A DNA stretch of 64,000 nucleotides, taken from assembly GCA_035489815.1 (NCBI GenBank), contig DATHJH010000012.1, positions 1,359-65,358 on the forward strand, in the 5' to 3' direction. This stretch comes from Candidatus Limnocylindria bacterium. Its GTDB lineage: Bacteria > Patescibacteriota > Saccharimonadia > Saccharimonadales > JAGQNK01. The notes beneath the pieces are model-generated. The model saw nothing but the letters and a program-made list of their open reading frames with translations. It did no database searches and was not told the origin of the DNA. How positions within the stretch are numbered: position 1 is the first letter of the stretch; each line of letters starts with the position of its first letter. Made by a program: the position numbers and the translations under genes. Positions 59,303 to 64,000 of this stretch are shown piece after piece.

Positions 59303-60781
59303 CTAGCTTGCCACGTTCAGTTTATCTAACTGAGCCTCTGCGGCAGCCCGGGTTGCCGCCTCTACCGCCTGATCAGGCAGACCAGGGTGTGTATTGCGGA
59401 AGTCTGATGCAAAGTTATTGGTCCACTCTAAAAGATTATTGAAGTCTTTAGGATTCTTGCTCATCCTCCCAAAGGCGTCTGGATTGTCAATGACGTTATT
59501 TAGCACATCATGTGTCACGCCTTCACCGCGGAAAACGCCGTAACCCCCCTGATGCTCAAGTGCATACTGAGGAACTTGGCCACTATCGTCATTGACTGGA
59601 CTGATATCAATAGACTGCCAGAAGGATTGATCATTGTCGCCCGGATTAAGATCTATCTTACCAGTTGCAGTCCAGTAAGTCGCAAGGGCAGCCGCACCGA
59701 GAATTGCAGCCTGCTTGATACGCTTCCGGGTTAGGATATTGCCACCGGTATGAGACTCAGGATCATCACCAAATGCGTGTCGTAAGTCGCCCACCTTCAG
59801 TGCAGCTGCCCGAGTCTGAATACTATTCCAACGATTGTGTAGCCACTGTCTAGGACCACGACGTCGCTCGGTTGTCTGATCAGGGAGTTGGATTGACTCA
59901 GTATCGTCGTAGTTCCCATGTCCATTCAATGCGTCAGGGTCGCCGTAATCTTCGCTGTCGTTCTCATCCTCAAAATTGTCATCAAAGACACTTCTACCAC
60001 GACGCACGCCAGAATCTTCACCTTCACCCTCATTCAACCACTCTTCGTAAAGACCCTGACTGTCTGCTTCGTCTTCGTCCGTGCTGCCTGACTCATTTGG
60101 GGTGATCCTTGCTGCATCTGTTGTATTTTCTGCGGCGTCACCCACCCTTTGATTTTCTTCCTTTGAAGGTACCCGCCTAAGGGCCTCCTCTAAACGGGCA
60201 TCTGCAGATGCGCGGGTCTCTTCGTCACCATTCATGGCTGCTTCCTGGACCTGATCGAAAAGGGCCAGAAGTTCGTCACTAGTAGGAGGTACCTGGTTAA
60301 TCTCGCCTGCATTGTCCTCGGCTTCTACAGCCCCCTGGAGGTTAGCATAAAATGTGTCTTTGGCATCCCGGAGTCCTGTCTTGGCGGTGACGTGATCGTA
60401 GGCGTCAGAACGGAAATCAAGCGAATCTGTTACTGTCTGAGCTTCCTCAATGTCCTCTCCTCCATAAGCCGTCCAAGCCTCTCTTAATGCATTCAAGCGA
60501 GGTTCTTCATTTGCACGAAGTTCTCTTAGATGACCACGCATATCAACAATATCTTCTGCGGATGCCCGAAAGCCAGGGGTCTGTACTTTCTCTCCAGCTT
60601 CTACTAAGGTATTTTGAAGCCCTTGAATTTCTCCTTGAATAGCATCAATCGCCTGATCACGTGGCAGCAAACCTTCAGGACTTACAATCAGATCTCTTAC
60701 TGCTGGTGTCAGTGCTGGCTGAGCCTCTACAGCCTCAGGCTGTTGGGCTGGCATTGATTCGTGATGGATTGACTCGGGCAT
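59303..60781 (-). CDS. hypothetical very acidic single-pass membrane protein
   Basis: 492 aa. A D/E-rich N-terminal region of about 350 aa, a TM (AAILGAAALATYWTA) and a C-terminal domain of about 120 aa. No family recognised. Confidence 0.5.
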   Translation of the reverse strand: MPESIHHESMPAQQPEAVEAQPALTPAVRDLIVSPEGLLPRDQAIDAIQGEIQGLQNTLVEAGEKVQTPGFRASAEDIVDMRGHLRELRANEEPRLNALREAWTAYGGEDIEEAQTVTDSLDFRSDAYDHVTAKTGLRDAKDTFYANLQGAVEAEDNAGEINQVPPTSDELLALFDQVQEAAMNGDEETRASADARLEEALRRVPSKEENQRVGDAAENTTDAARITPNESGSTDEDEADSQGLYEEWLNEGEGEDSGVRRGRSVFDDNFEDENDSEDYGDPDALNGHGNYDDTESIQLPDQTTERRRGPRQWLHNRWNSIQTRAAALKVGDLRHAFGDDPESHTGGNILTRKRIKQAAILGAAALATYWTATGKIDLNPGDNDQSFWQSIDISPVNDDSGQVPQYALEHQGGYGVFRGEGVTHDVLNNVIDNPDAFGRMSKNPKDFNNLLEWTNNFASDFRNTHPGLPDQAVEAATRAAAEAQLDKLNVAS

Positions 60782-60950
60782 CGTTCTTAACCTTTCGTTG
60801 GCTTATGCTTATTTTCTTTTCTTGATGTATTTCATTAAATCATAAAAGTAGATATAAATCAAGCCTTTAAACCTTTTATTGTAAATATAGCTAATTCATA
60901 ACTTTATGTATATATTCACAGGTACGAACGACTAGAAAACCCCAAAGAAA

Positions 60951-60970
60951 AAAGGGCTTTTTTGCCCCTT
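60951..60970 (-). terminator. weak candidate terminator of infB
   Basis: Minus strand AAGGGGC-AAAAAA-GCCCUUU followed by a UUUCUUU run, 23 nt after the infB stop. The GC stem is short. Confidence 0.4.
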
Positions 60971-60992
60971 CTTGAGTTGTTATTGGCACAGG

Positions 60993-62750
60993 CTACAGAG
61001 AACGACTGATGGTTTCTCGTGAGAAAGCCTGGATGCGGTCGCCTTCCTGAATGTCCACGCGGGTGGTTGATTTGAAGCTGAGGCCGCACATTTCACCCTC
61101 GAACACCTCTGTGGTATTCTGGGGGCCGCGCTTCAGGTTGGTGATCTCTACCTCGGCCAGCTGTTCCTTGTCGCGCACTACACGGGCCAGAGCAGGCGCA
61201 GTGAGTTTGCCTTTAGTCACCTCTCCTCCACAGATAACCTCTGTTTTGGTGGTTTTGAAGACTCCTTTGACCAGCAAGGTGCCTAGTTCGGTTTCTTTGA
61301 CCTCCGGTGCCAGGAGTTTGCTCATTTCCTCTTTGGCATCGTCAATCAGCTCGTAAATTACGCTATAAAGACGAACGCTGACCCGGTCCCTGCCGGCAAT
61401 TTGCTTGATGCCGCTGGGAATGGAAGTGTTGAATCCGTAGAGGATAGCACCGCTGGTATGGGCCAGGTGCACATCGCTATCGTTGATGTTCCCCACTCCA
61501 GAACCGACAATTCGAATGGCAACCTCTTCAGTATCAAGAGCTTTCAGGCTGTCAATGACAGAGGTTAGCGACCCCTGTACGTCAGCCTTTACAAGAATAT
61601 TGAGTTCGGTAACCTGGTTACTACGGTTAATGATACGGATGAGTTCACTACTGTTAACACCCGTATGGCCGTCACTACCCTTACGAGCCGTTGCCGCACC
61701 TTGAGACACCTGACGGGCAATCTTCTCATCCTTAACCGCCACAAATTCGTCCGCAAAGGCCGGGAGCGTCTTGAATCCTGTGATCACCACAGGGGTAGAA
61801 GGGCCTGCTTCTTTAAGGGGTTGGCCATCGGTAGCTTCCAGATTCCTGATTCTGGCATAGCTTGAACCGGCGGTTACGAAATCTCCGGGGTGAAGCTTAC
61901 CTGCTTCCACCAGGGCAATTGCAACCGGTCCCCGTCCCTGCTCCATATGCGCTTCAATCACAAGCCCGGCGGCCGGCACATCAATATCTGCCTTCAGATC
62001 CTCTACATCTGCCACCAGCAGCACCATGTCCAAAAGCTTATCTATGCCAGTCTTATTCTTGGCTGACACCTCTACCACCACAGTATCACCGCCCCATTCC
62101 TCGACCAGCAGGTTCTGTTCCGAAAGCTGCTGTTTAATACGATTTGGGTCTGCACCCTCTTTGTCTATCTTGTTGATGGCAACGAGGAGCTTTACGCCGG
62201 CCTTACGGGCGAAACGTATTGCCTCAAGGGTTTGGGGCTTAATGCCGTCATCTGCTGCCACAACCAGAATTACGAGGTCTGTAAGCTGAGCCCCGTGCTC
62301 GCGCAGAGCGGCAAAGGCCTCATGCCCCGGAGTGTCCAAAAAGGTAATGGCACGGTCGCCATGTTTTATCTGGTAGGCGGAAATATGCTGGGTAATACCA
62401 CCAACTTCTCCCTTGACTACCTGAGCCCCGCGAATAGCGTCCAGCAGGCTGGTTTTACCGTGGTCGACATGTCCCATCACCGCCACGACAGGTGGGCGGG
62501 TGGGCGCCTTTTCGCTTGCTGCGCGCTTTTGCCGGGGTGCAGCAGCCTGGGCTTCTTTCTTGACTAGCTCGATATCAAGTTCAAGATCACCCACAATGAT
62601 CTGTGCCGTATCAAAGTCAATACGCTCGTTTACCGTGGCCATCACGCCGTTTTTCATAAGCTCTGTAATGAGCTTTGTCGCCGGCAGCATGAGCTTTTCC
62701 GCCAGGTTGCCAACGGTAATCATATCTTCGATTTCGATTTTCGTACTCAT
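60993..62750 (-). CDS. infB: translation initiation factor IF-2 (short N-terminus)
   Basis: 585 aa. G-domain motifs GHVDHGKTS, DTPGH and NKID, plus C-terminal domains. Confidence 0.95.
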   Translation of the reverse strand: MSTKIEIEDMITVGNLAEKLMLPATKLITELMKNGVMATVNERIDFDTAQIIVGDLELDIELVKKEAQAAAPRQKRAASEKAPTRPPVVAVMGHVDHGKTSLLDAIRGAQVVKGEVGGITQHISAYQIKHGDRAITFLDTPGHEAFAALREHGAQLTDLVILVVAADDGIKPQTLEAIRFARKAGVKLLVAINKIDKEGADPNRIKQQLSEQNLLVEEWGGDTVVVEVSAKNKTGIDKLLDMVLLVADVEDLKADIDVPAAGLVIEAHMEQGRGPVAIALVEAGKLHPGDFVTAGSSYARIRNLEATDGQPLKEAGPSTPVVITGFKTLPAFADEFVAVKDEKIARQVSQGAATARKGSDGHTGVNSSELIRIINRSNQVTELNILVKADVQGSLTSVIDSLKALDTEEVAIRIVGSGVGNINDSDVHLAHTSGAILYGFNTSIPSGIKQIAGRDRVSVRLYSVIYELIDDAKEEMSKLLAPEVKETELGTLLVKGVFKTTKTEVICGGEVTKGKLTAPALARVVRDKEQLAEVEITNLKRGPQNTTEVFEGEMCGLSFKSTTRVDIQEGDRIQAFSRETISRSL

Positions 62751-62834
62751 CAGTTCCCTAGCTCCTTTCTGGCCTCTGTCGGCCGGCTACACATTACATT
62801 GCTACTATTTCGCTTCTTTGAGGCCCGGCTAAAT

Positions 62835-63899
62835 CTATTTAGCCTCCTTCAGGCTAAGTGCAATCTTGCGGCCCTCAGTGTCAATGTCAAGCACCTTGAA
62901 CTTTTTCTTCTCGTTCAGCTGGAAGATCTTCTCCGGGTCCACGCCTTCGTCATTGCTCATCTCTGAAACATGCACAAGCGCCTCTACAGATGAGCTTAGC
63001 TGCACAAACGCACCAAAGGGTGTAATGCGCGTAACCTTGCCCTCTACCATCTCGCCCTTCTTAAAGGATTTAACCTCGTGCAACCACGGGTCTTCTTGCA
63101 TTTGCTTGAGACTGAGGCTCAGGCGGTCTTTATCGATGGCAATGATTTTAGCCTCTACTGTATCACCGGTTTTTACGTAGTCACGGGGGTTTTCTACACG
63201 CTCCCAGGATATCTCTGAAATATGAATGAGACCTTCTATGCCATCAACATTTACAAATGCGCCAAAATCGATCACACCCGTTACGACACCTTTTACGACG
63301 TCACCCACACTAAGTTTTTCAAACCGTTCTTGCATTTCGTCTTTGACGGCTTCCTTTTCGGAGAAAATCAGCTTGTTGTCTTTGCGGCTAATATCCAGAA
63401 TACGAACACGCAGGGTCTGGTTGACCAGCTGGTTGAGTTTTTGAAGGATTTCATCCTTGTCGGCACCAGAAACACGGGGATAGTGGCCGGCAGCCAGTTG
63501 GGACACTGGCAAAAAGCCCCGGATTCCTTCCAGTTCTATAAGCAGACCGCCCCGATTGGCGTCATATGGTGTTACATCCAGTATCTCACCCTTCTCAAAG
63601 GCCTGCTGCAGTTGGTCCCAGCCACGGTCTTTGGCAGCGCGGCGCATACTCAGCAGCGCATAACCTTCGTCCATTTCTGGATCAATCACGCTTACGACTA
63701 CCGATTGGTCCTTTTCAAGTTGCTGGCCGTGACTGATTTCGCGGCGCATCACAACACCCACGCCACTGGCGCCAAGGTCAATCCAGACTTCGTGCTTATG
63801 TACGGAACTTACGATGCCTTCTATGACATCGCCCGTCTTTAGTTGCTTGATTTCTTCGGACGCTAGCAATTCGTCCATAGTAATGCTAGATTTTGACAT
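62835..63899 (-). CDS. rpsA: 30S ribosomal protein S1 (four S1 domains)
   Basis: 354 aa. Four repeats of the S1 OB pattern (G.V..V......V.LG..GVG/GFL/GLI/ALV). AAGGAGG upstream. Confidence 0.9.
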   Translation of the reverse strand: MSKSSITMDELLASEEIKQLKTGDVIEGIVSSVHKHEVWIDLGASGVGVVMRREISHGQQLEKDQSVVVSVIDPEMDEGYALLSMRRAAKDRGWDQLQQAFEKGEILDVTPYDANRGGLLIELEGIRGFLPVSQLAAGHYPRVSGADKDEILQKLNQLVNQTLRVRILDISRKDNKLIFSEKEAVKDEMQERFEKLSVGDVVKGVVTGVIDFGAFVNVDGIEGLIHISEISWERVENPRDYVKTGDTVEAKIIAIDKDRLSLSLKQMQEDPWLHEVKSFKKGEMVEGKVTRITPFGAFVQLSSSVEALVHVSEMSNDEGVDPEKIFQLNEKKKFKVLDIDTEGRKIALSLKEAK

Positions 63900-63965
63900 G
63901 TTTTACATGCCTCCTTATTTTCTGCGGCAGCCCGTAGACTGTTAACCCCGCCAGACTTGGTTACT

Positions 63966-63994
63966 AGTATATCTGTTACCTCTCTTGAAGTCAA
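63966..63994 (-). promoter_or_regulatory. candidate sigma70-type promoter for rpsA
   Basis: Minus strand: TTGACT (63989-63994), 17-nt spacer, TATACT (63966-63971). A leader of about 60 nt with AAGGAGG follows. Confidence 0.45.
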
Positions 63995-64000
63995 AGTCCA

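Overview
The window is a gene-dense stretch of about 55 CDS, mostly on the minus strand, with no rRNA, tRNA, CRISPR array or recognisable mobile element. The gene content looks like a reduced-genome monoderm bacterium. My inference, not proven here, is a Patescibacteria/CPR organism resembling Saccharibacteria. Housekeeping genes are serS, rsmE, msrA, lysS, greA, proS, rseP, frr, tsf, rpsB, rpmE, prfA, prmC, htrA, an LCP-family gene, lepB, parBA, rplU, nrdJ, nrdR, ftsZ, ftsA, map, adk, yqeY, rpsU, priA, def, fmt, infB and rpsA. The main finding is a roughly 21 kb single-strand locus (24029-45355). It holds three consecutive giant secreted or membrane-anchored proteins interleaved with three small membrane-anchored proteins. 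The giants are 2560 aa (fibre-like repeat modules with a C-terminal right-handed beta-helix), 1943 aa (Gly/Thr solenoid repeats with a CBM-like jelly-roll) and 1620 aa (18 Kelch blades). Other notable items are a heliorhodopsin-like 7TM protein with a Lys-rich N-terminal tail next to msrA, and a LysRS fused to a PTH2-fold/DUF2000-like domain. There is also an nrdR-nrdJ operon with tandem NrdR boxes and a Cys-less thioredoxin-fold gene. Several genes have a -10 box 6-8 nt upstream of the ATG, which suggests leaderless mRNAs. Several leader and intergenic regions are structured (proS, LCP, rpsB, map-ftsA). All family assignments come from motif recognition by eye and need HMM or structure confirmation.
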